DNA of 63,618 bases, counting the filler, from Octopus bimaculoides (lineage: Eukaryota), in assembly GCF_001194135.2 (NCBI RefSeq). It is 5 parts of 5 records of this genome, joined end to end, with 100 filler letters (N's around TTAATTAATTAA, not from the genome) between each part and the next. Parts side by side here need not be neighbours in the genome. Positions count along the whole stretch, not along the records: positions 29,498 to 49,750 come from NC_069007.1; positions 49,851 to 62,478 come from NC_068998.1; 3 more parts are not named here. One strand, written 5' to 3'. This document shows, piece after piece, positions 37,524 to 50,404 of this stretch. The translations under genes were made by a program, and so were the position numbers. The notes beneath the pieces are model-generated. The model ran no database searches. It was not told where the DNA came from and saw only the letters and a list, made by a program, of their open reading frames with translations. How positions within the stretch are numbered: position 1 is the stretch's first letter; each line of letters starts with the position of its first letter.

Positions 37524-37979
37524 TATATGTATGTATGTATGCATGCATGTATATATGAGTATGTGTGTATGTATATATATATATATATATGCTTGTGTGC
37601 GTGTGTGTTAGTGTCTCCTTGTCTTAACCTCAAATGATATTGTAAACAAGCATCATCATCATCATACAAGTGGTGTTGTTTGCTTCCAATCTGCTGTGTA
37701 AACATATTTGGCCATGAGGGTTAGCAACAGGAAAGGCATCCAACAGCAAAAAAAATCTTCCCCAATGAATTCCATCCATACGAGGATAGAAAAGCAGATG
37801 CTAAAACAATGAAGAGAATGATGATAATCATGTTTAACTCCACATTAAACCGTGGTCAGCCTGACATATGCTCAAAGACACTCCAGACATGACCTTACCA
37901 TCATTTTGTATTTTTTCAGTTAGTATATTCAACCAGTTATGTTATATTTCTGTTGAAATATACTGCTTTTATGATTTTA

Positions 37980-38180
37980 TTCTTTTACTTGTTTCAGTCA
38001 TTTGACTGCAGCCATGCTGGAGCACCACCATGAAGGCTTTTAGTCAAACAAATCGATCCGAGGATTTATTTTTATTTTTTAAAGCCTTGTAATTATTCTA
38101 TTGGTCTCTTTTGCTGAACTGGTAAGTTATGGGGGATGTAAACACACCAACACCGGTTGCCAAGTAATGGTGATGTGGAA
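37980..38180 (-). mobile_element. SINE family B 3' half
   Basis: CTTTTACTTGTTTCAGTCATTTGACTGCAGCCATGCTGGAGCACC. Confidence 0.8.
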
Positions 38181-39113
38181 TAAACACAGGCACAAAGACA
38201 CACACCTACATACATACATACATATATATATATACATACATATATTTATATACATATATATATCTATATATNNNNNNNNNNNNNNNNNNNNNNNNNNNNN
38301 NNNNNNNNNNNNNNNNNNNNNNNNNNNNNNNNNNNNNNNNNNNNNNNNNNNNNNNNNNNNNNNNNNNNNNNNNNNNNNNNNNNNNNNNNNNNNNNNNNNN
38401 NNNNNNNNNNNNNNNNNNNNNNNNNNNNNNNNNNNNNNNNNNNNNNNNNNNNNNNNNNNNNNNNNNNNNNNNNNNNNNNNNNNNNNNNNNNNNNNNNNNN
38501 NNNNNNNNNNNNNNNNNNNNNNNNNNNNNNNNNNNNNNNNNNNNNNNNNNNNNNNNNNNNNNNNNNNNNNNNNNNNNNNNNNNNNNNNNNNNNNNNNNNN
38601 NNNNNNNNNNNNNNNNNNNNNNNNNNNNNNNNNNNNNNNNNNNNNNNNNNNNNNNNNNNNNNNNNNNNNNNNNNNNNNNNNNNNNNNNNNNNNNNNNNNN
38701 NNNNNNNNNNNNNNNNNNNNNNNNNNNNNNNNNNNNNNNNNNNNNNNNNNNNNNNNNNNNNNNNNNNNNNNNNNNNNNNNNNNNNNNNNNNNNNNNNNNN
38801 NNNNNNNNNNNNNNNNNNNNNNNNNNNNNNNNNNNNNNNNNNNNNNNNNNNNNNNNNNNNNNNNNNNNNNNNNNNNNNNNNNNNNNNNNNNNNNNNNNNN
38901 NNNNNNNNNNNNNNNNNNNNNNNNNNNNNNNNNNNNNNNNNNNNNNNNNNNNNNNNNNNNNNNNNNNNNNNNNNNNNNNNNNNNNNNNNNNNNNNNNNNN
39001 NNNNNNNNNNNNNNNNNNNNNNNNNNNNNNNNNNNNNNNNNNNNNNNNNNNNNNNNNNNNNNNNNNNNNNNNNNNNNNNNNNNNNNNNNNNNNNNNNNNN
39101 NNNNNNNNNNNNN

Positions 39114-39293
39114 GTTCCTGGCTTTAAGGGTATAGTAAAAGGCCTTATCTGAGTTTTTTTTAAAGGGGTTAAAAAAACTGAAGGACTGCTGCAATAAGTG
39201 TGTGAATCTGAGAGGGAAATATGTTGAAGAAAATCATAATTAACTGATCCTGTATTTTCTTTTACCCAAAGTCACGAACCTTAGAGCACCTCC
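39114..39293 (+). mobile_element. Mariner-derived MITE, copy 1
   Basis: Collinear with 40066-40279; encodes KDCCNKCVNLRGKYVE (mariner C-terminus). Confidence 0.75.
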
Positions 39294-39535
39294 TCATTTA
39301 TGAAGGACCTGAGAGACCTGCATGCGGTGGATGTAGGTGTCTTCAAGATGAAGCTGGACCTCTTCCTGTCAGGTGTCCCAGATGAACCAACTTCACGGCA
39401 GGAGGCGCAGATGAGAGCAGCTGCATCAAACTCTCTCATGCACCAAATGTCAATTCCTGAAGTAAAATTGTGTAGCAACACCAAATGGCAGTGCCCCAGC
39501 ATGGCCACAGCTCATGAGCTGAAGAAACCCAGATA
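39293..39535 (+). mobile_element. CR1/L2-group LINE 3' end (clade unresolved)
   Basis: KDLRDLHAVDVGVFKMKLDLFLSGVPDEPTSRQEAQMRAAASNSL; 3' UTR GGCAGTGCCCCAGCATGGCCACAG. Confidence 0.7.
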
Positions 39536-40018
39536 ACCTTAGAAACAGGCCTACACCAGTAATAATATAGACTGCTGTACTTTTTCGAGTGTGCTTGATA
39601 TATGTGCGTGTGTGTGTGTGTTTTGGTGCGCTATGGTGGATTACTTAAGACTTGGCTCTTATTTCTAGCAGGTAGATGCTCATTAAGCATCATTACGATA
39701 TTTCATAGCTCCTTAAAGCTACCATAACTGCGTTCCACCAATGCTACTACTGGTGATATCATCAAATTTTGAATTTATCCACAGATGATATGAACAGTAG
39801 TGACGTCTAACTTCAAATCTCAGTGTTTGAATATTTCATTTAAATATATATATATATATATAATCACATCAAAGGGAAATGGAAATTAATAAAAATTTTC
39901 ACTTCCAAGTGGCCTAGCGTATAAAAGTTTAGTCCAAAGACTATGAATTACTCATAAGGTACAGTGTATATTTAATTACACAAGAGAAATCCACTCATGA
40001 CTCTCCCCAGACACAACA

Positions 40019-40065
<47 letters not shown>

Positions 40066-40066
<1 letters not shown>

Positions 40067-40279
40067 GAGGGCTGTTCAAACGTTCCTAGCTTTAGGGGTA
40101 TCAGGAAAGGCCTGGTTGGAGGACCAAACTTCTGAGTTCTTTTACAAGGCTTAGAAAAATTGAAGGACTACTGCAATAAATGTATGAATCTGCAAGGAGA
40201 ATATGTTGAATAAAATCATAATTAACTGATCCTCCTGTATTTTCTTTTACCCAAAGCCAAGAACTTTTCAGCACCCTTT
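40066..40279 (+). mobile_element. Mariner-derived MITE, copy 2
   Basis: TA|CGAGGGCTGTTCAAA..GTTCC left end and GAACTTTTCAGCACCCT right end; LQGLEKLKDYCNKCMNLQGEYVE*. Confidence 0.8.
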
Positions 40280-40398
40280 AATACAAAGTAATGCATAATA
40301 ATTTTTATCAATGTAAATAAATATTACACCTGACAGAGAAATTTGAATGCTGAAGGGTTAAAGAGCATTTGGCGGTTATTTCTAGTGTGTTCATCTAC

Positions 40399-40484
40399 CA
40401 GGTCAAAGCACTGTTTAATATGATTGTATTTGTCCAGTAGTCCTTCAAGCTTAGAAGCTGGCAACTGACCAAAATCAATGACTT
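40399..40484 (-). CDS. Candidate internal exon ([E]VIDFGQLPASKLEGLLDKYNHIKQCFDL)
   Basis: TGTTTACAG acceptor, CTG|GTAGAT donor, phase 1 to 0, non-repetitive. No homology recognised. Confidence 0.35.
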
Positions 40485-40924
40485 CTGTAAACATGTTATT
40501 GCTGTTTTTAAAAATAGCTTAATTTTGTATTTTTCCTTTTTCAGTCAAGGCTGGGGTATTGATGTGTAGTAGGGAAAATTCACTTCCTTATAACCATGGA
40601 ATTTTAAGTTCAATTTAACTGCTTGGCACTTCTTCAACTGTTGCTTCAGGTAGGCAAAAACTTTAAGAAAACAGTTGTAAAACTGAAATGTTTTCCGTGA
40701 AAACATTCAAGTCCGTGGGCCATATTACCTTACTTGAAAAAAGATGACAGTTCACAACAGAAAGGGTATCTAAGGAAACCCATTTTAACAACTTCCATCC
40801 AACTCATGCAAGCATGGAAAAGTGGATGTTAAGATTATGATGACGATGATGATATATATATATACATGCATACATATAAATATATACATATAGTCACATA
40901 TATGAATATATAGCTATATATATC

Positions 40925-41316
40925 GTTGTTGTTGGCACTCCGTCACTTACGACATCGAGGGTTCCAGTTGATCCGATCAACGGAACAGCCTGCTCATGAA
41001 ATTAACGTGCAAGTGGCTGAGCACTCCACAGACACGTGTACCCTTAACGTAGTTCGAGGGGATATTCAGTGTGACAAGGCTGACCCTTTGAATTACAGGC
41101 ACAACAGAAACAGGAAGTAAGAGTGAGAGAAAGTTGTGGTGAAAGAGTACAGCAGGGTTTGCCACCATCCCCTGCCGGAGCCCCGTGGAGCTTTAGGTGT
41201 TTTCGCTCAATAAACATTCACAATGCCCGGTCTGGGAAGAATTGAAAGCGTGATCCTATGACTGCGAGTCTGCTGCCCTAACCACTGGAGTGCCAACAAC
41301 AACAACAACAACAACA
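40925..41316 (-). mobile_element. SINE family A, copy 5, 5'-truncated and joined to an inverted tail
   Basis: Head is cut at ACCACTGG and followed by plus-strand GGAGTGCC(AAC)n at 41287-41316. Confidence 0.85.
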
Positions 41317-42049
41317 AATCATAGGCCAAACAACTGAGATTTGAAGGAGATTTAGCTGCTATTACTTGCTGCTCAAGCAATCATAATTTGAATGCAATTT
41401 AGTTATTATTATTAACAAGCTGTGTAATTCATATTTGAAGGAGATTTAGCAGCTATTTCTAGCAAGTTGAGCAGACTGGTATATGTATTCTTATTGGTTA
41501 AAACAAAATCCCTTGTTGAAGCGTATCTGAAAATTTATACAAGCTCTAAGCGTAAATTAATGTACTTGATGATCACTGACTGCGTTTTAATTATCTTCAC
41601 AGCCTACAGAGCTGTTATTTACAACAAGGCACATCTATAATTGGTTTGAGTGCGAAAATCAGTAACCACTCGGTGAGCTGAATATTAAAGGAATTAATAG
41701 AGTTTGTTTAGGGGACATGTAAGGGCCTGGAACTTGGGTTCAGATAACAGGAAGATTCAAGATGCGATGAGTATTATTCATTTAGTTTTTTTTTTTTTTT
41801 TGATCAGAGAAACAATATGGTAAAACTAATCATAAATAAGAACATATGTATATAAGTATGCATTGATATAAGCACATGTATGCAGCCCATATATATATAT
41901 ATATATATATATAATACAAATAATAAATGAGTATATGCATATATACATACATGTATGTACATACCTACATCTACCTGTATATATAGATGCATATCTGGGT
42001 ACAGGACGTTGCAAACAAAACGTGAACAAAATGATATATATATATATAT

Positions 42050-42085
<36 letters not shown>

Positions 42086-42288
42086 GCATACACACACACC
42101 ATGCAACTAGAAAATTGTGCATTTTATACACAGACAAACACACACACACATAAATGAATGTATATATATGTGTGCGTGTTTATAGAAATATTTAAATAAA
42201 TGTTTATGTATATGTAAGCACAAATGTGTACATAGATGCAAGTGTGTGTATACATTCGTATACATATATGTAGATGCATGCACATGCA

Positions 42289-42334
<46 letters not shown>

Positions 42335-43647
42335 CACATCTTACACATACATAGCAATTTCTGTCTGTCGATCTGTCTATTACCATTTTGCTACCTACAC
42401 CAGTGAGCTAATCTTGATGAAACTTTGCATACGTGTTAAACTAGCATCCAATTCAAGTATAGGCCAAATGGATTTCAATAAGAATCCATAATGGTCCCCC
42501 TAGTGGGGTTGGGCTATTATTTGATAAAATGAAAAGGGTGGGGAAATGTGGTGGCATAGTGAGTGTGGCTGATATCAGGGAAGGGGAGAGCAATGTTGTG
42601 TATGCAACAAATATGGAGTGGCAGTGGGATGATAATGTTAATACACCTGTCATTCACAGATATACATGCAATACTGCATACATACTTTCATAAATACATA
42701 GATACATGTGTATGCACCACACACACACACACATGCACATACCTAACTTTTAAAATACTGAGGAAGGGAAAGAAAAGTGGGTGTGAGGAATACGTAGCTT
42801 TAAGGAGAGAGGGGGTAGGTAACTTTTCTGCTGTCCATCACAAAGAAACACTCACACACAGACATACATACATACACTCACACACAGACATACATACATA
42901 CACACACAAATGTATATATACATCATACATACATAGATACATACATACATACATATGTCTACTACACACCATTTTAAACTCATGATTACCTGTGTGTATG
43001 TTTGTAAATATGTGTGTGTGTTTCATTGTACGTGGGTACATGTGTTTGTCACATCCTATAACTGCTTGTTTCTCTACTTTTGTGGGTCTTTCCTGTTGCA
43101 GTCACATATTGTGAAATTTTGAAATTATGTCAAAATTTTCAAATTTGGTATATTGAAATAATTTTCCATGTTAAATCCGATTTTGTTATCTATTTGTTCC
43201 AGAAAAATTACAGAAAAATGTTCCTGAGGTTTAAAGTTTAATCAATTTTACTTAATCAGAAACAGGATTTGGAAGCTGACATTTTCTGCATGATAGCTGT
43301 CTATCACATAATGAAAGCAAAATTATTACAAGGAGGAATTTTTACTAAACAAACGAAAGCAAAGCATTACGACACTCAAAGTTGTAAGAAATTCTGAAGT
43401 TTTAATAAGTTTTAATGAATAATGGCATGTGAAACGGCCGAACAGACATGTAAATAATTGAAAACAGGTAAAAATCTTCAACAAAGATTTTTTGCGAAAA
43501 ATTGCACAAATCTGTCCTGATCAAGAGGCGTATGTGATGGGGAAGTCATGGTCTGACATGGAATAAACAAAAATTTATATAAGACATTCTATTGTAAAAA
43601 TTGCCTGGCAACGACGGACTATTCAGCTAGTATATATATATATATTT

Positions 43648-44170
43648 CATCATCATCATCATCGTTTAACGTCCGCTTTCCATGCTAGCATGGGTTGGAC
43701 GATTTGACTGAGGACTGAAACCAGATGGCTACACCAGGCTCCAACCTGATTTGGCAGAGTTTCTACAGCTGGATGCCCTTCTTAACGCCAACCACTCAGA
43801 GAGTGTAGTGGGTGCTTTTACGTGTCACCCACACGAAGGCCAGTCAGGCGTTACTGGCAATGACCACGCTCAAAATGGTGTACTTTATGTGCCACCCGCA
43901 CAAGAGCCAGTCCAGGGGCACTGGCAACGATCTCGCTTGAAAATCCTTACACATGTCACGGGCACAAGTGCCAGAAAGGCGACGCTGGGCACAGGTGCCA
44001 TCCCGATTTCGCTTTCGCTTGCCCCAATAAGTCTTCGCAAGCTGAGTTTCGTGTCCAATGAAGGAGACAACGTTGGCATGGGTGCCAGTCGTCGAATTTA
44101 GTTCGATTTCGATTTCACTTGCCTCAACAAGTCTTCACAAGCGGAGTTTAGTGTCCAATGTAGGGAAGGT
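43648..44170 (-). mobile_element. Repeat D copy with two further about 100-bp tandem units
   Basis: CGATTTC..CTTGCC..AA.AAGTCTTC.CAAGC.GAGTTT.GTGTCCAATG occurs twice. Confidence 0.8.
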
Positions 44171-44346
44171 ACGCTGATTTATTATANNNNNNNNNNNNNN
44201 NNNNNNNNNNNNNNTATATATATATATATATATTTACATACATACACGTATGTGCATGCACACATACACACGCAAATGATAAAACTCAATGTTGTGTGGA
44301 TGTATGCCACTGAACGGGATGAAAGAAGATAGAAGAAAACCGAGAC

Positions 44347-44400
<54 letters not shown>

Positions 44401-44595
44401 TAGAGTATCACAACTAAAGTATATATAATAGTGATAGTTCACATTTTATATATATATTTTATATATATATATAAACGTTTGTATGTGCGTGTGTGTGCGT
44501 GTATATTGTTAGAGGTTTTATAAATAAGCCAAGTTGTTTTGTTTACTTCTTGATTATTAATCGTTTTCTTGTCTTTTTTGGGTTTCACACATCCA

Positions 44596-44635
<40 letters not shown>

Positions 44636-45299
44636 TTTCTTTTTTCTATCACGTTCAGAATTAGTAAAATGTTTTTTTTTCTATTCTCCTCTTCTTCTCT
44701 TTTACGGTTCATTGACTTCCTGTCAATTCTCCTCCATCAATTTTTGATGCTTCTCCTGCAACAAGTAATTAGTTTGGCCTGCTTCCCTGCACCGTTTTCT
44801 TCTTATTCCATAATCCCTCCTCCTCCTCCCTCTTCCTCCTCCATGTTCTTCTTTCTTCTTCTTCTGTCTTCTCCGCCTTCATCTGATTCCTCTTCTTTTC
44901 CTCCTCTTCCTCCTCTTCTTTTCTTCTTCCTCTTTTCCTCTCCTCTTCTTCTTTTCTTCTTCGTCTTTTCCTCTCCTCTTCTTCTTCTTCTTCTTCTACT
45001 TCTTCTCCTCATCCTCCTCTTCCTTTCTCTTTTTGCCAATTGTGATTGTTGCTATTTAACCCTAGGCCATCATTTAAAATATGATAATCCCACTCATTTT
45101 TTTCAGTTTTGGTTTTGCTCTGTAGCAGTTTGGTTAAGTAGTTCACTTCCCAACCCCATGGTTTAGGGTTCAGCCCCACTGAACTGAGTGCACCTTGGCC
45201 AAGTATATTCTACTGAACCTCAAGCTGATCAAAGCATTGTGAGTGAGAGTTTGATACATACATATATACATACATACATATATACATACATACATATAC

Positions 45300-45570
45300 T
45301 CTTTTACTTTTTTACTTGTTTCAGTCATTTGACTGTGGCCATGCTGGAGCACCTCCTTTAGTCGAGCAAATCGACCCCAGGACTTATCCTTTCAAAGCCT
45401 AGTACTTATTCTATCGGTCTCTTTTGCCGAACCGCTAAGTTACGGGGACGTAAACACANNNNNNNNNNAAGCCTAGTACTTATTCTATCGGTCTCTTTTG
45501 CCGAACCGCTAAGTTACGGGGACGTAAACACACCAGCATCGGTTGTCAAGCGATGTTGGGTGGACAAACA
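45300..45570 (-). mobile_element. SINE family B 3' half, with a 64-bp assembly duplication across a 10-N gap
   Basis: 45395-45458 is identical to 45469-45532. Confidence 0.85.
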
Positions 45571-45583
45571 TAGACACACAAAC

Positions 45584-45614
<31 letters not shown>

Positions 45615-46711
45615 GTGCCTGTGTGGTGTCACATATAAGCACCTGTGTGACACCGTGTAAAAGCATCCAGCACACCATGTAAAGTGGTTGGCATTAGGAA
45701 GGGCATCCAGCCATAGAAACCAGGCCAAATCAGACCAAAGTCTGGTGCAGCGCTCCAGCTGACCAACTCTGGTCAAACCGTCCAAGCTATGCCAACATGG
45801 ACAATGGATATTAAACGATGATGAGGATATATAGAATACAAAGAAATTCCTGAAGTATGAGATGAATATATTTATTTCACCAGTTGATATCCATAATATG
45901 AACTACCATTTTTCTTTCTTTACCAACATCATGAAAAAGCATTTTATTTTAGTGTATAATAAATAATTTTACATGTCTGCTCTAGTATGTGTGTTATTTA
46001 TTGCATAGTACTACTCCACATTTTACAAACAAGTGCATGTATAGAAGGCTTGCTCTTCAGATCAACAGAATATCATGAATACATCAATTTTTTCAAATAA
46101 GGTTTTGAAATATTGATGTAACTGTTTTACTGCTGGCTGTCCTTCCTTTACAGAATGGTTAGCGTTAGGAAGGAGACAGACAGCAGTACAATAGTTGTAC
46201 GTATATATATGCATATACTCACATATTATTTGTGTTATTACATGATCAAACATACGTGTCATCTTTGCAAGTAAGTTTTAACTTTATATTTCTGACGCGA
46301 CTCTATCTATCTTTGTATCTTTCTCCCCCTCTCGTTCTTCCTTCTGTTGTTCTTCGCCTCTCCCCTTCACTACTATATCTCTCTCTCTTCCTCCCTGTCT
46401 CTCGTTGCTCACCTATATTCTACTTCCTCCCCCTTTTTTTTCTCTCTCTACCACTCTTTCTCCTTACCCCTCTCTGGTCACGTGTGTCCGGCTTCTGCCT
46501 CCATTCTTATCTTGGCTACTGCCAAGCCAGCACTAACTTCTCTCTCCCTTCCAGTTCGTCTCATCACAGCGTTCAGTATACATATATATTTTTTCACATC
46601 TGGCCCTACTAGCCCTTCTTGTTTATTTTCACAGTTTCGTTTTCCTGTCATGTTTTCTGTTCACCACGATATTCCTCTGCATTACAAATTTAATTTGTTT
46701 CTGCGGGAAGA

Positions 46712-46790
46712 GCCATTCTAACAATGCGTCCTGCCCTAACTCTTCGAAACGCTTAATTTTAGAATGGTGGCAGCTGATGAAGGAAATGTT
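46712..46790 (+). ncRNA. Candidate non-circularly permuted hammerhead ribozyme within a dispersed repeat
   Basis: GCGUC-CUGCC ... UUC-GAAAC-GC ... GGCAG-CUGAUGA-A-GGA. The downstream flank (about 46850-46930) is shared in reverse with about 41950-42030. Confidence 0.4.
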
Positions 46791-48182
46791 CTCTATGTGG
46801 CATGTATGTTTTCTGTACTCTGTTTATGTTCTATTTTTCATTTTGTCTACGTTTTTTTTGTGACGTCCTATACCCAGATATGCATCTATATATATACATG
46901 TAGATGTAGGTAAGTACATACATGTACGTATATATGCATATACGTACATGTATATATANNNNNNNNNNNNNNNNNNNNNNNNNNNNNNNNNNNNNNNNNN
47001 NNNNNNNNNNNNNNNNNNNNNNNNNNNNNNNNNNNNNNNNNNNNNNNNNNNNNNNNNNNNNNNNNNNNNNNNNNNNNNNNNNNNNNNNNNNNNNNNNNNN
47101 NNNNNNNNNNNNNNNNNNNNNNNNNNNNNNNNNNNNNNNNNNNNNNNNNNNNNNNNNNNNNNNNNNNNNNNNNNNNNNNNNNNNNNNNNNNNNNNNNNNN
47201 NNNNNNNNNNNNNNNNNNNNNNNNNNNNNNNNNNNNNNNNNNNNNNNNNNNNNNNNNNNNNNNNNNNNNNNNNNNNNNNNNNNNNNNNNNNNNNNNNNNN
47301 NNNNNNNNNNNNNNNNNNNNNNNNNNNNNNNNNNNNNNNNNNNNNNNNNNNNNNNNNNNNNNNNNNNNNNNNNNNNNNNNNNNNNNNNNNNNNNNNNNNN
47401 NNNNNNNNNNNNNNNNNNNNNNNNNNNNNNNNNNNNNNNNNNNNNNNNNNNNNNNNNNNNNNTATGTATGTATGTATGTATGTATATATATGTGTGTATG
47501 TGTGTGTGTGTACATATATATATATATATATACACATATATGATACATACATATATATATAGTAAAAGGAGGGGTATAATATCCAGGCAGATACTGAATT
47601 TCCCTGAGTAAAATGCCAAGGCTGGTTCGTTCGTTCGTTCCTTCCTTCCTTCGTTCGTTCGTTCGTTCGTTCCTTCCTTTCATCCATACACACATATATA
47701 TCTATACACACACCCCACCGAAAAGAAAAGAAAAGAAAAGGCAGGATGGTCACGAGTGAAATGACATTGATCTACGGATTGGTTCAATAAGGTTTTTGAC
47801 CAAGGGTTAAATAATAACAACCACACCTACTATTATTACTGTCACTGCTGCTGCTACTATTACTACTACTGTTGCTTCTGTTACTATTCCCACATCAATA
47901 AAAAAAATAAGTATTTTCTGTATATTACGGTAAGTCCCGATTGTAATTTCAATTGCGAATTTAATTTATACACCAAACAAGATTAACACTATGCACACAC
48001 ACACACACACACACACACGTGTGCGTGTATATATTTTTATATACACATACATTTACAAACATATATACATATATATATATATAATTTTTCAAAGTAAACT
48101 ATGTAATCGTTACCAATATAGCTTTATACAGAAATGTTAACATCGGATTAAATAACATTGATATGGATATTAGCGTCAAATC

Positions 48183-48262
<80 letters not shown>

Positions 48263-48750
48263 ACATACACACACATATATATATACATACATACATGCAT
48301 ACACTCATGCACATATATGTGGCGTTTATTCAAGAGGTATTGATTCTAAATTCTAGCAGAGACATCCCTCCCCCAACTCACATTTACACTCACGAACACT
48401 TCTGCAAAATACTTGCTTATTTCTATTTATATACACGCAATGACTAAATGAAATGACTATTTATATGCACACATAGATATATCGGAGGCAACATCCAGGT
48501 CAATAATACGGCAGAGATGTAAAAGCGTTAGACAAACATACCTTGTGGTAACTGTTTTGCTTCTGGGGTCTTTTGATGTTCTGAGTTCAAATCCAGCCAA
48601 GGTGAAATTTACTTTTCACCTTTAGTGGGACTGATAAAACACCAATGCTTACATCAACCCCAGTACTCTACTGGTACTTCATTTTATCTCCCCCCCCCCC
48701 CAAAGAATGAAAAGCAAAGTAAACTTTGGTGGAATTTAAACTTAGAACGT

Positions 48751-48841
<91 letters not shown>

Positions 48842-49228
48842 TATCATCATTATTATTTAACGTCCGTTTTCCATGCTAGCATGGGTTGGACAGTTTAACC
48901 AGGGACTAGCAAATCAGAAGGCTCCAATCTGATCTGGCAAGGTTTCTACAGCTGGATGTCCTTCCTAACACCAACCACTCCGAGAGTGTAGTGGGTGCTT
49001 TTTACGTGCCACCGACACCGACCACATTTGGATGGTGCTTTTTACGTGCCACCAATAATAATTATAATATTGTATTTTTCTTTCACTTAACTTCATTTCA
49101 ATATAAAAATGAAAAATCTGGTGTGTTTATTTTAATGGTCTGTCGATGTATACAGTAAGTTTCTTTGCCCTTGGTGTTGGGAAGACACTCGGCAAGAAAT
49201 GGAAACAATATTGAAAGAAGAAGAGCTC

Positions 49229-49259
<31 letters not shown>

Positions 49260-49289
49260 TAATAATAATCCTTTCTACTAAAATCACAA

Positions 49290-49475
49290 GTCCTGAAATT
49301 TTTGGGGAAGGGACTAGTTGATTACATCGACCCCAATGCATAACTGCTTCTTAATTTATTGATCCTGAAAGAATGAAAGGCAAGGTCGACCTCAGCAGAA
49401 TTTGAACTCAGAACATAAAGATGGACGAAATGCAGCTAAACATTTCACCCAGCATACTAATGATTCTGCCAGCTT
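49290..49475 (-). mobile_element. SINE family C, CpG-decayed
   Basis: GCAGAATTTGAACTCAGAACATAAAGATGG..TTTCACCCAGCATACTAATG versus CpG-containing copies at 21693-21920. Confidence 0.8.
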
Positions 49476-49513
49476 AATGTCTTTATTATAATAATAATAA
49501 TAATAATAATAAC

Positions 49514-49594
<81 letters not shown>

Positions 49595-49598
49595 AATA

Positions 49599-49629
<31 letters not shown>

Positions 49630-49646
49630 TAATGATAATAATAATA

Positions 49647-49746
<100 letters not shown>

Positions 49747-49750
49747 TAAT

Positions 49751-49850
49751 NNNNNNNNNNNNNNNNNNNNNNNNNNNNNNNNNNNNNNNNNNNNTTAATT
49801 AATTAANNNNNNNNNNNNNNNNNNNNNNNNNNNNNNNNNNNNNNNNNNNN
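49751..49850. other. Artificial scaffold spacer 3
   Basis: 44N-TTAATTAATTAA-44N. Confidence 0.95.
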
Positions 49851-50404
49851 ATATGTGTTTATGCATATATATATATATATATATATATGCGCATACATAT
49901 GTGCATAAACAAATATATATGTATATAGATATATACATGTGTGTGTATATGTGTGCATACACACCCATGCTCACATATTAAATGATTAAATATCTCACTT
50001 AGATGAACTAAAGTTGGACTGCTTATTTATATGTGTGCACATGTCAATATCGTCTGCTGGTGAAGTGTGAGTATCTGTATACATGTAGTCAGTATGTAAC
50101 AAATTTAGAGTATATTAACCAATACTAAAAGAGTAACTGAACCATCATCATGTTATATAATCATATAAGAAAACTAGTGAGGCGATCTTTAGTAATAGAA
50201 AATTTAAAAGCTATCAAAAATAAAATACTAAATGTTTTGAAAAACAGCCAATAATAAAATGTCTTTTGCATCTGAACTTCTATCTTCTGTATGTTCTCTT
50301 AAAAGTTATTTATTTCACATAACATTTGATAATCTAAATAACATATAATCTCTTCAAACACTTCCAAGCACTTTTTCTACTTGAAATATCATTCGTTGGT
50401 TCAG

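Noticed and set aside
45395-45532. 64-bp direct repeat
   Set aside because: An exact duplicate across a 10-N gap; an assembly overlap artefact.
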